Shown here: in pieces, positions 20,664 to 34,535 of the stretch
Layout: each line of letters begins with the position of its first letter
Numbering within the stretch: position 1 is the stretch's first letter
Notes under the pieces: model-generated
What the model was told of the DNA's origin: nothing
The model's input: only the letters and a program-made list of their open reading frames with translations
Databases searched by the model: none
Program-made: the position numbers and the translations under genes
Assembly (NCBI GenBank): GCA_964106645.2
Contig: OZ067042.1
Strand: one strand, 5' to 3'
DNA length: 64,000 bases
DNA from: Podarcis pityusensis
Taxonomy: Eukaryota

Positions 20664-23527
20664 CAAGCTGGTTTGTCAATCATCTCTTCCATCCAACTGG
20701 GAAGCAGTTTAAGCAGCAAAGCCAACCTCCTACATGACTTGTAATCGAGCCAAATAGAGCCAGATTCTCTATCAAACCAGCAGAAATGCCATGGGGGCTC
20801 AGGCAAAGAGACTGCCTGCCTTCCTGACCAATGAGTGACTGGGCCAATGAAAAGGCTGATCACCTGGCCACATAAATTCAGCCCATGGACCTAATATGAC
20901 CCAAGGGGCTGTTACTGGCAAACTTCACCCCTTCACTAATCATGTAGTATCATTTGACATCACTTATAAATCATTTCGATCTGCCCTGATATTTTCTGTG
21001 GCGTTCCCAAGGGAAGACTTACAATTTTACATACCTTACACATTTGTAAACATTTTACATATTTCATATACAATTTGCCCAAGACATGGAATGCATTAAA
21101 TTATGTAAAGTACATAAGATGCATATTTTTTTAACCCCTAACTTGCTTAGCAGCTTTCTTCTTGTCACTTCTTGCTTTGGTCATGCCCACTTGGGCCCAC
21201 CCCATTTTCTCCTCTGGCCCTGCCTACCATAAGAGGCCTGGCCAGGTTTGAATCTGGCCCTTGGGCTGCAATTGGTTCCTCACTCCATGCTTTTCCATGT
21301 GACGACGACTGTACCAATTCCCAGACCTTTCAAATGCCTTCAGATTTGAATTCTTAACATGCCACGGATCTAGAAACAAACCAGGCCTTTCCCTGCCTAT
21401 CCTGCCTCATGTCTGTAACTGGGGAGCGGAGGAGGGGATAACGCACAGTCTTGTCTGCCCAGCCCCTTGTGTTACCTCAACTGCCATTTGTGCTACACTT
21501 AAGCCATAATTGGCACACCTGCTTCAATCCCAGCCCTCAGCCAAGCAGCTGTTAGAGCTGTGTTTTCATTGGGGTGGATGAGCAATTAAGAAGGTCAATG
21601 CACAGCTTTTGTCTGAGACTAAACCACACACACAAAAAGTTACTGTAGCCAAATGCTCATGCTTCTTGTGGTATATGAGTGCGTGATGACAATCCCCCAC
21701 AGATTAGAACCCTTTTCTCATCCTAGCCAAACAGAGTGAGGCTCTGCGCATCCAGGAAAGAAGGATGTGCTGTCCCTCCATCTGTAAATATACAGCAGTG
21801 ATGTCAGTGCTGAATCTGGTAATGTCTAAGGGTCAGATATGACAAAAACAATGCACTTTGCAGACTGACTGGCAAAAAGAAGAAGAAAGTGTTCTCTTTC
21901 AGGCGCAGATTCTTGTGACTTTCACTTCAGTAAGGAAATAAAGTTTTTGTCCTGATTCACGTAGTGCTTGCAGGGTGGTGGAGGATGGCGAGGAGATGGG
22001 GGACAGTGCTCAGGAACCAGAGAAGCAGGACCCACCACCAGAGCCAGAGGGGCCCCTGTCTCCCCAAACACGGCAGGCTCTGAGGCATAGGGAGCAGCAG
22101 GAGGAATGCACTAGGAGGCAGAGGCAGGCAAGGGCCCACAGCCCAGATCCCTAGCTGGCCAGGTGGGGCTCGCTAGCTCTGGGAGGAGGTGTGTGATTCC
22201 TCAGCTGAAGTAGGTTTGGAACAGGTGAGGGTCTCATTCCTCATCAAACCCAAATGCTGCAATCAGCATGCAGACTAGCAGAGCAGAGGTGCCGTGTCTG
22301 CTTAACTGCCCATGTTGAGGGATCTTGGCTTGGATACTCCTGGGCCTCTGAGGGACTGTGCTTTGGGTTCGACTCTGGACTGTATGCTGACTGCTGGACT
22401 TCAGACTTGGCTACTTGGATTGACCCTGGACTATTTTTCCTACCAGGTAGGCCAGGGGTTTAGGACACTAGGGCTGTTTCTCAACCAGAGGGGTGTATAA
22501 AGACCTTGTGTTCCAAAAAAGATGTACAATATAAGTACCTAACAGACAATATTTTACTATAGTAGTGTGAAATGTTATGTTTGGAAGGTGACAAGACCGT
22601 AGGCAACTTATTATGTGATCTGTATGTCATCATGGATGAACAGTAGTTTGAAATTATCTCATGTCCATTAGCATGGAAGCTTACAAGGAAGCCTTTTAAT
22701 CACTGGCATTCAGTCCTCCAAGAGGCATTTTTGAAATTGATGTTTGAATCAACATGCCAAAGATGATTTTGAACAATTCACTTCTGAAATGTTTTGGCTG
22801 AAGTTTCTCCCTGTGTACCCCCAAAACAGGAAATCAGGGCCTGCACATCATTATTCTGATTTCGCCCAAAGCTGGTTTCTATGTTCTTATGGCAATTAAA
22901 GCAAAGGAGCGCAACAGACTGGATGTTGAAAGGGACTTAGGATGTGCCCAGAATTCAAAAGCTTAAGACAAGCATGTAGCATCAATGCTTGCACTGATAA
23001 TAATTAAAGCTGAATCCTAATTTAAAATTTCATGCTAATTTTTTGAAAACTGAAAATTTCTTTTAAAATGAGCAGTGCTTTGCTTTTGTTGTAAAGCTTG
23101 TTAAAAGTCATGTTTCAATCCTTTTGGAAATAAAATAATTAGGGGAGCCAGGTTTGAAGTGGGCTGTGAGATTTGTATGTTAGGATTTTTATCTGTGTGT
23201 TTTGTTTTTTTAAGAAAACAAGGTTGACAAGCACTAACCTCAGGTTTCTGCTCTCTATGTGTCCCTAGTGAAAATCATGGATGTGCAAACAGGTTCTGTG
23301 TGCATGAATCATTGGTCTGATTCAGCAGCTGGGGCTGCACATGCCTAGCTCTCTAAAAGGAGGAGGAATCACACTAAGAAACCATTTGGTAGAGACACTG
23401 CAGTGGGAGGCAGGTGACTGAATTCAACTAAGTTTTACGCAAAGTAGACTTGCTTAAAATAATGGACCTAACTTAGTCCCATCCATTTATTTCACTGGGT
23501 TTACTCTGAACAAGCCTTAGTTGAATA

Positions 23528-23754
23528 CAGTGGTACCTCAGGTTAAGAACTTAATTTGTTCTGGATGTCCGTTCTTAACCTGAAACTGTTCTTAACCTGA
23601 GGTACCACTTAATGGGGCCTCCCGCTGCTGCTGCCACCGTGCTGCCACCATGCAATTTCTGTTCTCATCCTGAAGCAAAGTTCTTAACTCAAGGTACTAT
23701 TTCTGGGCTAGTGGAGTCTGTAACCTGAAGCGTCTGTAACCCGAGGTACCACTG
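23528..23754. mobile_element. Tc1/mariner (pogo/Tigger-like) MITE, copy 1
   Basis: TIR CAGTGGTACCTC(A/G)GGTTA, TA on both flanks. Confidence 0.9.
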
Positions 23755-25149
23755 TACTCCCATGAAAAAACCTCAAGTTTTTGAATTCCCTTACTATTTT
23801 TTGTATTCTTTCTGAACTTATCTTTCCAAAAATGGTGATAGTTGAAGGGTTGGGGGGGGGGGAGAGAAGTCTTGCAATATTACCAGGAGTCCCTCAGCCA
23901 ATATCAATTCCTTCTGTAGCCAGATGTTGCGTATCCCTGTGTTGCTTCAGATGTCAGACAAAGCAGTTATCTATTCCTTTTGCCTAACACAGGCACACAC
24001 ATATATAAACACATACATTTCCATGGAGGGAAGGAGGGAAGTGCTGTTGCAATCAAAATAACAAAAGACGTGTCTTTCTAAAAAGAGGGTGCACAAAATT
24101 GTTTACTTATGTAGCCATGTGGCTTTGCAGAACTTGCGAAATATCACTTTCTTGGCCTGAATTAACAGAAATCTGCCTTCTTCCAAGACAGAATATTGTA
24201 TTAATAGCTGCTTCATTCAAACTGAAAAGGCAGCATCAAATCCACCCTGTTGCTGCAGAGCTGGAGATCTTGCTCTGTGTCATTTCGCAGTTCTCCATAC
24301 CCACGGAAACAGAATGATACATGTGAGGAACTCCACAGTGACTCTTAAGCATGAGCCTCATTATCTTGAATCGATCTTTGCTTTGCATCTGGAATAGCTG
24401 AAAGTTAAAGCCCTTTGCAAAGCTCATCTCCTGTGTAGCCCCACTTTGACCAAACCACCCTGAAGTTTGAAATGGATTCAAGAGGATCTGGAAACTATAG
24501 CCAAGCTGACTGATGGCACTTAATTGCATTCTGTGTTTCATAAATGCTATACCGTAAATCTACTGATTGTCATGGAGAACAGGGTGATTAATGGGGGCCG
24601 CGGCTGTGTGCAGTTAGAGTTACAAAGAAATCTTGAAGATATGGAAGCCTTTGAGGACACATGTGTTCAAACGACTGATGCTTCGTGCTAGAGCAAGGAG
24701 ACTCTTGGGGTCAGCAGGTTTGGAAGGAGGAAGGGCCCTGAGAGCAGATATAGTAGATAGCAAACATAATGCATTTCTCTTCCTTCATATACTGCAGAAA
24801 GTCATGAGAAGTATTCAGTGTACTGGTTTGCACACAATGCTAAGTCATGGTTAACATTAATCATAGCTATGTCAACAATAGCTAACAAATTATGGTTAAA
24901 GCTTAGGCACCTGGCAGAAAACTTAAATCATGGCTTATTTCATCCCCCTCGTTCTCCTGTTAAAGGAGACACTGGCCAGGAAGATCCACTCTTCACTCAT
25001 GGCTCTATAGCTTTTGGGCAGTGACAGATTATTAGCCATAAATAAGAAAGAATATGTTGTGACTGGTACTGAAATCAATTCAAAACCTGATAGCCAAGTG
25101 TACATGTGTGTGTGTATGTGTATGAATATGATTTCTTAGTTTACAAAAA

Positions 25150-25760
25150 TATGAGCATTGTCTCTTTTTTCAAGTTTCAAGTTTCATTTTCTACAGATCA
25201 GTTTCATTTGTTGTGAGACATTAGTGTTACATACAGTGTTAGGTTAGGAAGGAAAGTGGGGAAGAGGGGGAGGGGAGAGTGATGTGGGGTCAGGTGGCAA
25301 AGTTTCTATTCTTCTGCTTAACGTACGTGAGGGGTGTTGTGTCAGCGTCACTTGTGTGGGTTCTCTTACTATTCACTTGTATTTCTTTGGGGGTGAGAGA
25401 GGTTGGCAGTGGCCTAGGGTATGGTTGGTTGTCTTTCTTGTCTTTGGTTGGCTGTAATGAGATTTGTTTTTGTGTGTGAGTGGGGTGGGTGCGTGTGTGT
25501 GTTTGGATCAGGTTAGCCAGATTGATTCGTATGTTGTTGGCGGATTCTTCTTGTTGTCTTGTTGGGCTGTGTATGTGGCAAAGGGGAACCCTACCGGGGT
25601 GAAGGCGTCTTCTATTTGTTCCCATGTTGGTTTCAATTTATTGGTTAGTTTTTCTAATAAGGCTGTTTCCCATACTACATGATGCCAAGTATGTTTTGAA
25701 GATTTTATAAACTATGTGAGCCATATGTGTGTAGTTTGATCAAATCTCTCACCCACTTTA
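25150..25760 (-). mobile_element. Degraded L1/Tx1-like LINE 3' end
   Basis: A minus-strand frame reads WHHVVWETALLEKLTNKLK..., resembling squamate L1 ORF2 ends; followed by an A/C-rich UTR-like tract. Confidence 0.45.
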
Positions 25761-25885
25761 AGCACAAAAATCACCCCCAATAATTAAAAATGAAGTGTAG
25801 TAGACTAATTCTGAATGGGAAGATGAGGGTTGGGGTTAACTCTGACATTAGGAAGGAGAATGTGACTTGCCGCAAGCACCAATTT

Positions 25886-26280
25886 TAAGATATAAGAAAA
25901 GATGAGTCTGCCTGAGCAGGCCAATGGCTAACTGAGACCAGTGTCCTGTTCTGTTGTCCACCAGTTGCCTGTGGGAAACCCGCAAACAGGACCCGAGTAC
26001 AAGTGGTCTTCTGCACAGTGGTTTCCCACAACTGGCATGCATAAGCATTACTACCTGTGAGTAGTAATGAGGCAGAGCATAGCCATCAGGGCTAGTAGCC
26101 ATTAATAGCCTTGACCTCTACGAATTTCTCCAATCTGCTTTAAAAATCATATAAATTGGTGGTCATCACAGCTTCCTGTTGGAGCAATTTCCATAGTTTA
26201 TGTGCTGTTTGAAGTACCTTAGTTTCACTGGATGTCCAGTTCTGCTGCTATGAGAAAAACTCTCTACCACTTTCTCCATA
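25886..26280 (-). mobile_element. CR1-like LINE 3' end remnant
   Basis: Homologous to 5809-6022 and extends further into the element. Confidence 0.55.
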
Positions 26281-28486
26281 ATTTTCATTAAAATTTTAAT
26301 TTATCATTAAATTTAATTAATCATTAAATTTATCACATTATATTTTTACCACCATGCTGGGAGGGTTGTGATTTAAATTTTCTGCTGTAGGCATTTGCAG
26401 TGCCATGGACCATTGCAAGAACCAGTCTATGTTGAAAGTTTGAAGAGAATTTCAAATCTCCTTGTTTCAAAATGCTTACCCTGCTCCTTCCTCATGTCCC
26501 AACAAATGCTGAAACAACAATAAGCCACTATCTCACTGAATTCACTCCCTCCCAAATGGTCTTCTCTGGCTTTGTTCTCAGTTGTAACTGACAAGACTTC
26601 TACTATCCTTTACCTTCATGTTTATATAGCAGGATATCCAGATGGCATTGAATCTTGAACCCATAGCTCTTTCCACAATACCCTGGGACCATTTGGTGAA
26701 GCTAGCAGGCTACAAATAATAAAATGCTACCTGATCCCATTATGGGGGGAAACTATGTAATGAACCTAAAACAAATGTCTTCCATTGAGGTGAAATTTCT
26801 TGGCCCATTTCAGAATGATTTGGCCCAAAAATTATTTGGTGCATCACTTTTGGAACAAACTCTTCCAAGCACACATTGCAAACTTCCTTAAATGATCCAA
26901 AAGTTGTTGTTCTTTTGCATCATTAGGCAGGGCTATTTTAATCTGTCAAGTGTTTGAGAGCTTCGTATCTGGGATACAAAGTATTGTATGAGGGCATGTG
27001 TGGGTGAGAACTAAGTTTATTGACTTTTAAGGAGGCCTGGAATGCATGATTTCACCATCCCTTGGTGTGGTTGTGAGTGATAGGCAAAAGGTTATCACAG
27101 CTAACACTCAAAACGAAACGAACTACTGTGACTTTTAAAAGCTACAGTTCTATGCCCACATATGAAGGAGTTAGTCCCACTGAACTTACTGGAACTTATT
27201 TCTAAGTTATGTATGGGAGCAGCCTGCATGAACTTGTCAGAAGTCAGATTAGACATAGCTCAAAAGCCTCTGATCTTTTTGCTAAAGCCCTCCAAAAACA
27301 ATGTATTCTAAGATGCTAGAAGGACATCTTGTTAATTTTTTTAAAAAAAACTAAATCTAATTTGCAAAAATCACTTGTTTTGTTTTTCTGATTTTACAAT
27401 CATTGCAGCTATAGCCATTCATGTTGCAAAAAATACTATTCAGTTGTCAAATTACATTAAGTAATTCATAGAATAACTCATTAAGTGCATTCAAATGTTT
27501 ATGTTGCACTTACTCCAGTGAATTCAATGCTGTGTACATGTCAAGTTCTCTATCTTCACAACAACCAAGAGAGGTAGGTTAGACTGATAGTGACCAAGCA
27601 AAAATTAGAATCTATGTCAGTCATGAAGTTCAATGGGTACCTTGAACAGGGATACTATCTGCCTGTAAGTTAGCATCAAAATAAATGCTACTAGTAACTT
27701 TGAAGGCTTTAACACTCTATGCAAGCATGCACACACATGAGTTAATGAAAGGGAGAGAGGACATTTTCATGTTATAGATCCCAGTGGCAAACCTTTTGTG
27801 TGAATCAATAGCTTCATATTTGGCTTAAAGGCAACATGCCATATTGATTCCCAACATAAGATGACTCTATAGCAAATGTTTGAAGTTTCCTTGAACACAC
27901 TGACTCTGGGACATAATGACATAGAATTGTGACATTGATGCTATTGTTTTTGTAAGTGTCCATAGCTCAGTATTTAGTTTCCAGTTTGTACATCTCTGTG
28001 GCAACAGAATTTGGGGCAGAAGGAAGCACTATATTCTACTGAATATAGACCTTTAAAAAAATAAAATAATAAAATAAACTGCGCCAGAGAGAAATGTCTA
28101 GACGAAATACTGTATCTTGGCCACAACCCTCTTTGAAACGTGGTTCTTGGCAGGATGGAGTTTTCCATAAATTCTCACTTTTTCTTGTTTGAACAGATTA
28201 TGCCATTGAATTCTCTAAAAGGGGGGCATGTGGAGGAGTTTGTGCTGCACTTAGCACTCTTCTAGCCCTTCCATGACCCCTTCATGACCCTTTCTGTTCC
28301 CGAGAGAACAAAAAAAAATTGAATTCTTAAAGCCCAGTGTAAACCACTCCATTGCAGGGTCATTGGTACAATGAAGCTTTATCATCTTTTGCAGTTCGGG
28401 GTTTTTGTATGGGGACAAACTTTGCTTGTCTTTTTGCTTACTACTAGCATTATTATTAACTATACTTGGTTGCCCTTTTCCAACTA

Positions 28487-28701
28487 CAGTGGTACCTCGG
28501 GTTAAGAACTTAATTCGTTCTGGAGGTCCGTTCTTAACCTGAAACTGTTCTTAACCTGAAGCACCACTTTAGCTAATGGGGCTTCCCGCTGCCGCCGCAC
28601 GATTTCTGTTCTCATCCTGAAGCAAAGTTCTTAACCCAAGATACTATTTCCGGGTTAGTGGAATCTGTAACATGAAGTGTCTGTAACCCGAGGTACCACT
28701 G
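28487..28701. mobile_element. Tc1/mariner MITE, copy 2
   Basis: Same TIRs and body, TA TSD; ~150 bp past the FGFR2 3' end. Confidence 0.9.
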
Positions 28702-28844
28702 TACTGAAATAAATTGGGAATGGTCTGGAAAGGACATGTAATGGATTGTGCTGAATGTGAACGGCCATACGTTAACGATAACTAACACAAACTAATAGGG
28801 TGTTTATTCCAAACCAGAAGCCATTTTGTAAGACACAAATGATT

Positions 28845-30513
28845 TAAAAAAATAAGATGCATGACATTTATTTTGTAATGTTAACATTAATATCCGTAGA
28901 AAGATTTTTATTGTCAGTACAAAAATTAACAGATTTTAATACTTTTTACCCCCTCCCCCCCATTTAAAAAAACATGTAAAGTCGGTATGGATTGCATTCA
29001 TACTGCATGGCTACACCAGGGTGAAAAGGTGATTTGAATGTGAAAACATAATGCTTTAAATTCTGAAAGGCAAGTTATAGAAATGCAGTAATATTTTTGG
29101 CCAGGCACCAGGGCTGACACCTGGTACAGCAGGATGGTTTGGAAAGCTGTAATGGAGCAAGAATAAAATAACCCCTCAGAAAGATGGTCAGATTCCAACA
29201 CAAAGTTCTGTAATTGCCATGATGACAACCTTGGTGCTCTCGTAGTACTAGAGGAGCATCAAAAGTGTGTGTTTGATCAAAATATCCAAAAGCATTATTG
29301 GATCTTCAGCAAACATAGTTGCTAATCTGAAGCATGTACAGAAAGCTAAGAATTGAGGTTTAGGGCATTTTAAAATTGTAGTTTAGACAAGCTAGAATAT
29401 GTCCTTATTTCAGTAAACTATGGAATAAGTCTCAGAATTTTGGGTCGTTCTACTGAGCAATTTAATTAATTTTTTGCATTTGAGGAGTTGTAAAGTGTGA
29501 CAACCAAAACAGCTACACACCTGGCAATACAGGGAGCAAAATACGTTCTCATTAAAGGACACTTTATTATTTCTGAGAGTTTTGGTTTGTTACAGCAATA
29601 ACCTCTCATGTAACTTTAGGCTGCAATCCTATACCTGCTGAACTCAAAGGGTAGACATGTATAGCATGTCACTGTTAAAAAAACAACCCAAATTAATTAA
29701 AACCTTAATTCCCAAAATTAGTTATATACCGTAAATATTTCTCTCTTTTTTTAAAAAAAGATCTGACAACTAGTAAAGTTTGAGCAATATATCTACTAGT
29801 TCTCTGTGCTGTCTGCATAGAAATGCCATTTAAATTACAAAATAACACAACCCTATAAAAGATTAATTGTTTTGTACATTACCAATTAATTAATAAATTA
29901 ATGAGATAACAATTTTCCCTGAAAGCAAAGTATTTTTCACCTTTAGGTGGTGATATTTTAAAAAAGAAAAGTTTTATGTATGAACAGCAATTACAGGTAG
30001 CTGTTTCTTAAAAAAAAAAAAGGCTAATTTTGCTTGGTGAAGTGAGACATCCATTTTCAAATCAATACAAAAAATAATTCATTGTAAATATATATAATAT
30101 ATATTTATACATATTTGATTATATTTACATACATCCAGCACCTATATACTGCATTTGTGCTCTGTAAGTGTGTGCCAACATATATTTTCTCCAAATATTA
30201 CAAAATAAACAAGGAAGGCTGACCCAACATTTGCCTCAAGTCCAACTGGTCCACTGAATGTAGAAAGTGTGTTGCGGCATTATGGCCCATAAAATTCTTC
30301 TTCTGAAAATTGTTTGGCATTCCAAAGTACATCACTTTTCGCCCGGTGTGATCATGACACCTTTTGCCAATTTTTTTTGCTTTTGTTTTGGTCCCTACAA
30401 TTCATATGTACAAACAAAAATCCTGTGTGTCTGAAGGAAGGCTCTTTTTTTTCACATGGTAGGTAGACATTCTTGTTTTCTTACTCCTTTGAGGAATAAA
30501 ATAAGGGTTCTTT
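28845..30513 (-). other. FGFR2: FGFR2 3'UTR (~1.7 kb; end approximate)
   Basis: Follows the stop codon, is AU-rich and ends in tandem AATAAA signals; the terminal sequence resembles the mammalian FGFR2 mRNA end as recalled. Confidence 0.75.
28867..28912 (-). terminator. FGFR2 polyadenylation signals (AATAAA x2)
   Basis: Plus-strand TTTATT at 28867-28872 and 28907-28912, with a third at 28803-28808. Confidence 0.7.
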
Positions 30514-30678
30514 TCATGTTTTGACACTGCCGTTTATGTGCTGGTACTTAGGGAGGCAAGGTTCATAAGGCATCGGATCGGCAGAAAAAACAGAGTCATC
30601 ACCTGAAGAACAGGAACTCCTTGTGTCTTGGTAGCTAGGTGAATACTGTTCCAGTGGTCCACTAAGATCTAGGTACTC
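30514..30678 (-). CDS. FGFR2: FGFR2 last coding exon (full-length C-terminal tail, stop TGA)
   Basis: [54 protein letters not shown]; the NGSVKT ending identifies FGFR2 among the FGFRs. Confidence 0.97.
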   Translation of the reverse strand, partial: EYLDLSGPLEQYSPSYQDTRSSCSSGDDSVFSADPMPYEPCLPKYQHINGSVKT

Positions 30679-33490
30679 CTGTAAGAACAATTCATACAAG
30701 TATTTACTTTAGGAGTGTACACATTTACTTTTGTGGGGTGTGCGCATGTGTGTGTGTGTGTAAATAATATCATATTCATATAGGAACACAAACAAAAAAA
30801 ACAGGCTGACACCATTCAGCATTCAAAAGTAGTTTTCTTGAACCAGTTCACATATCACAGTAAACCATGGTTAATAGCTCACTGTAAACATGCATAAGAG
30901 GACTCTGTCACTTTTCCTGATCTCACTGGTGCTCTGTACCCCAAAGGGTTTTTATTGGCTTACCAATTGTGATTTGCTGGAAGCAAAACAAACCATGATA
31001 CTTGGGTTTGGATGGAATGCAAAGCCATATGTTGTGGGTCATTTCATCTGCATGCAAGCATGAAGGAGCCATATTGAGAGCAATCATGGTACAAACTACA
31101 GTTTACTCAAGATGTGCATACAGGGCCAGTGTCAGAACTAAGACTATAGAAACTCGGGTTCAATCCCTACCCATCCATGATGCTTTCTTTTGGGTTGCTG
31201 GCTTCATTTCTCAGCTAACTCAACTATATAGAGGATGTGAGGATAACACTGTAAGGAAAGAAGGCCTTAAGCTCTTTAAACGGAGGGGGGAGGGTAATAG
31301 CTACTCATAAAACTAGAAGTCACCAGAGGAGTGTGAAAAGGGAACGGGGGACCCAAACCAACAAAAAAGGGAATTCTGAGGCAGATGTGTCAGTTCTAAC
31401 AACATCAACTTTAACCACACCAGTCGAGACATATACTGTAGCCACATCAAAAGCAAACATTTTGCTTACGATGATAAAAACAAAATTTCACCCTACACAG
31501 AACTATTTTTTTTCCCCAGCACATGGAAACAATTTGCAGAGAGAACTATCCTTTCTTTCCAATATCCATTTGGTTAAGCTTGGCTATTTTGTATTTTATA
31601 ATATCATATTTCAATTTGCATGTGCTCAGTACCCAAGTCCCTGCAATACGGTACTCTAAGTATATATTTTTGCTCACTGTAGTTGCTTCCACCAGCATTT
31701 GTGGAACTCAATAAACTTAGCAATGATTTTGAGCAAGCCCCAATGAAATCAGAAGGAGCATGGCACTTTCATTCAATGAGTCTAACACAGAAAACCTTCC
31801 TAATCGCTTGTGTCCTACATTTTCATAGCTGGGGGGGGGGGGCAAATAAAACCCAGTGATTAAGCATAGGGACCTAGGATTCTTCTTGTTGATGGCAGAG
31901 TGACCAACTCCGTCTTGTCACTGGAAAGCTGTACCAGAGCCACCAATAGAGACCTGGATTAATTAGGTCTGTGACATAGACATGACATCTGGATTGTCTT
32001 AGCCAGAAGAGGACCATCAAGGGTGTGGTGTGTTAAAAAGGGATAGGTTTGAGAAAGTTTGGTTTTTCTATTTCCCTTTCATATATAAGGAAAAGCATAC
32101 TTTGTATCCCCCAGTCTATCCAGCTCCTATATGGAAAGGCCTTTTGAAAGTGGGGCATAGGATATAAGGCATAGGATCCTTGCCTTAAGATGAATTTCCA
32201 AGTCCATGGGAGCAGAGTGCTCACAGTCTTACATTGGTGGATACTTCCCTTGCTACTGTATTGTGCTTCGCTTTGTACAGTCTTGTAACAGCTACATTTC
32301 TGTGTCGTTTTATTTGTCATTTGTAAATGTTTAATGAAAATAAAAGAAATCTTTAAAAAGAAGAGGAAGAGGAGAAAAAGAGCTATAGTGTCAGCTGAAT
32401 CTGAAGCCAGGGCTATAGAAGTTCTTGAAACAACAGTTTTGGCAGGAGAATAAAGTTATTTTTTCTCCTTGAAATGCTGCTTCTCTTTCAACTTCTGCAG
32501 AGCAGCTGTATTCATTTAAATACCAATCTCTTCATTTGCTAAACCACAAGTTACGATTCTAAGATGTGAAAAATCAATTTTTAAAAGCTGGGCTGCGTGC
32601 GTGCGTGCGTGTGTTTTTAACAAATTATGTGATTTTTCTTTTTTTAAAAAAAAAAAAACCAACAGTGAATGTTTTCCTATTAAGACAGTGATGGTTAATT
32701 CAACGTAAAATAAACAGGAACATGGCACACAGCAAAAAAAACTTCATAGTACACTTTTGATCTGATGTTACTTCCATATCTTGTAAGTACTCTTTCATGT
32801 CTGGTCCCTGTGATCTCCGTGTCTATTTAGAGACAATATGAATCTATCGGTATGCACAGGCTAAAATTGTGGCGCCTCCACCATCAATGGCAAATAGCCC
32901 ATTGACTTCAAAAGAAGTTGTCATTTCCTCAATATAAATTAGCATGACAGCTTTTAGGAAAAATATGGAGCGGGAAATTTCTACCACAAATGGAAGGAGA
33001 AAGCTATTGGGATACCCAGTGAAAGACTTTATGCATGTGATTCACACATATTCAACAGATCCATATATTCACTGAAGGATGGTTCAGATGACAAATTTAT
33101 GTGATAATCCTTATTTGGTTGTTAGCTTCAATATGCGGCTATAGTATGACCCCTAGATGTGGGGAAGTCCTTGCAGCTCACAATTTACCATGGAAGACAA
33201 TCCAGGATAGCTGGTATTCAAGGGTGTACTACTTCAAAAATAAATACCAACTTTTGAAGAAACTCCATTTCAAATTAAAATGCAAGCCTAAGAAATTTTA
33301 TAATTTGTGGGTTCAACAGAATCTCCAATACTGTTTCTCATCTACAATACTTAACTGATCTTGGTGCTGTGTTCAGACTTATATTTCTACTATACATACA
33401 TATATGGAAATCAGAATCAAACTGCAGTGCACTTTAACACTGAAAAAGAACTCAGGATGGAATGGGTGATTCTCACTGGCTGGGATTATA

Positions 33491-33854
33491 AAAAGGTAAA
33501 GGTACCCCTGCCCGTATGGGCCAGTCGTGTCCGACTCTAGGGTTGTGCGCCCATTTCACTTAAGAGGCCGGGGGCCAGCGCTGTCCGGAGACACTTCCAG
33601 GTCACGTGGCCAGCGTGACGAAGCTGCTCTGGCGAGCCGGCACCAGCGCAGCACACGGAAACGCCGTTTACCTTCCCGCTATAAAGCGGTACCTATTTAT
33701 CTACTTGCACTTAGGGGTGCTTTCAAACTGCTAGGTGGGCAGGAGCTGGGACCGAAAGATGGGAGCTCACCCCGCCGCGGGGATTCAAACCGCCGACCAT
33801 GCGATCGGCAAGCCCTAGGCGCTGAGGTTTTACCCACAGCGCCACCCGCGTCCC
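33491..33854 (-). mobile_element. Sauria SINE (distinct subfamily) in the last FGFR2 intron
   Basis: Homologous head and body on the minus strand, ACCTTT tail, perfect 15-bp TSD ctggctgggattata (33476-33490 and 33855-33869). Confidence 0.9.
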
Positions 33855-34176
33855 CTGGCTGGGATTATAGGAAGAGATTAATACACTCAAGGCCCCTCTT
33901 TTAGTTTATCCCTAGAAATTAGTGGTTGTTTTTCAGATACTTGGACATGGTTGTAGTGTGGGCAAAACCAGTGCTCAGTGCTTTGTACTCTGTGAACAGG
34001 GATTCTACCAGGGTATGTGTGCAATGTGTATTGTGCATAACTTGTGCATGTGCCCTTCATTGCCAGGGGCCTTGCATCACACATACTCTCCTTAACATAC
34101 CTTGCAATAGGCATGCTCTCATTTAAGATGCTCCTTATAACAATGGAAGCATTTTGCTTGTTCTTTCAGAAGTTTA

Positions 34177-34320
<144 letters not shown>

Positions 34321-34490
34321 TCACTGTGTTAATTAACTCAATGTGTCTATGTCAGGCATCTTCCATCTTCACAATACTTCAGGGCTGTTCAGTTAAAGTC
34401 AGGGTGTGTTCAAATGTTACTGCCTGGAGTATTTAAGATGCATGCATTATGAACGATGGTGATTCCCATTGATGCTTATTTGTATTCTAG

Positions 34491-34492
<2 letters not shown>

Positions 34493-34535
<43 letters not shown>
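34493..34535. repeat. (TTA)n microsatellite, probably a retroposon tail
   Basis: Directly visible. Confidence 0.9.
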
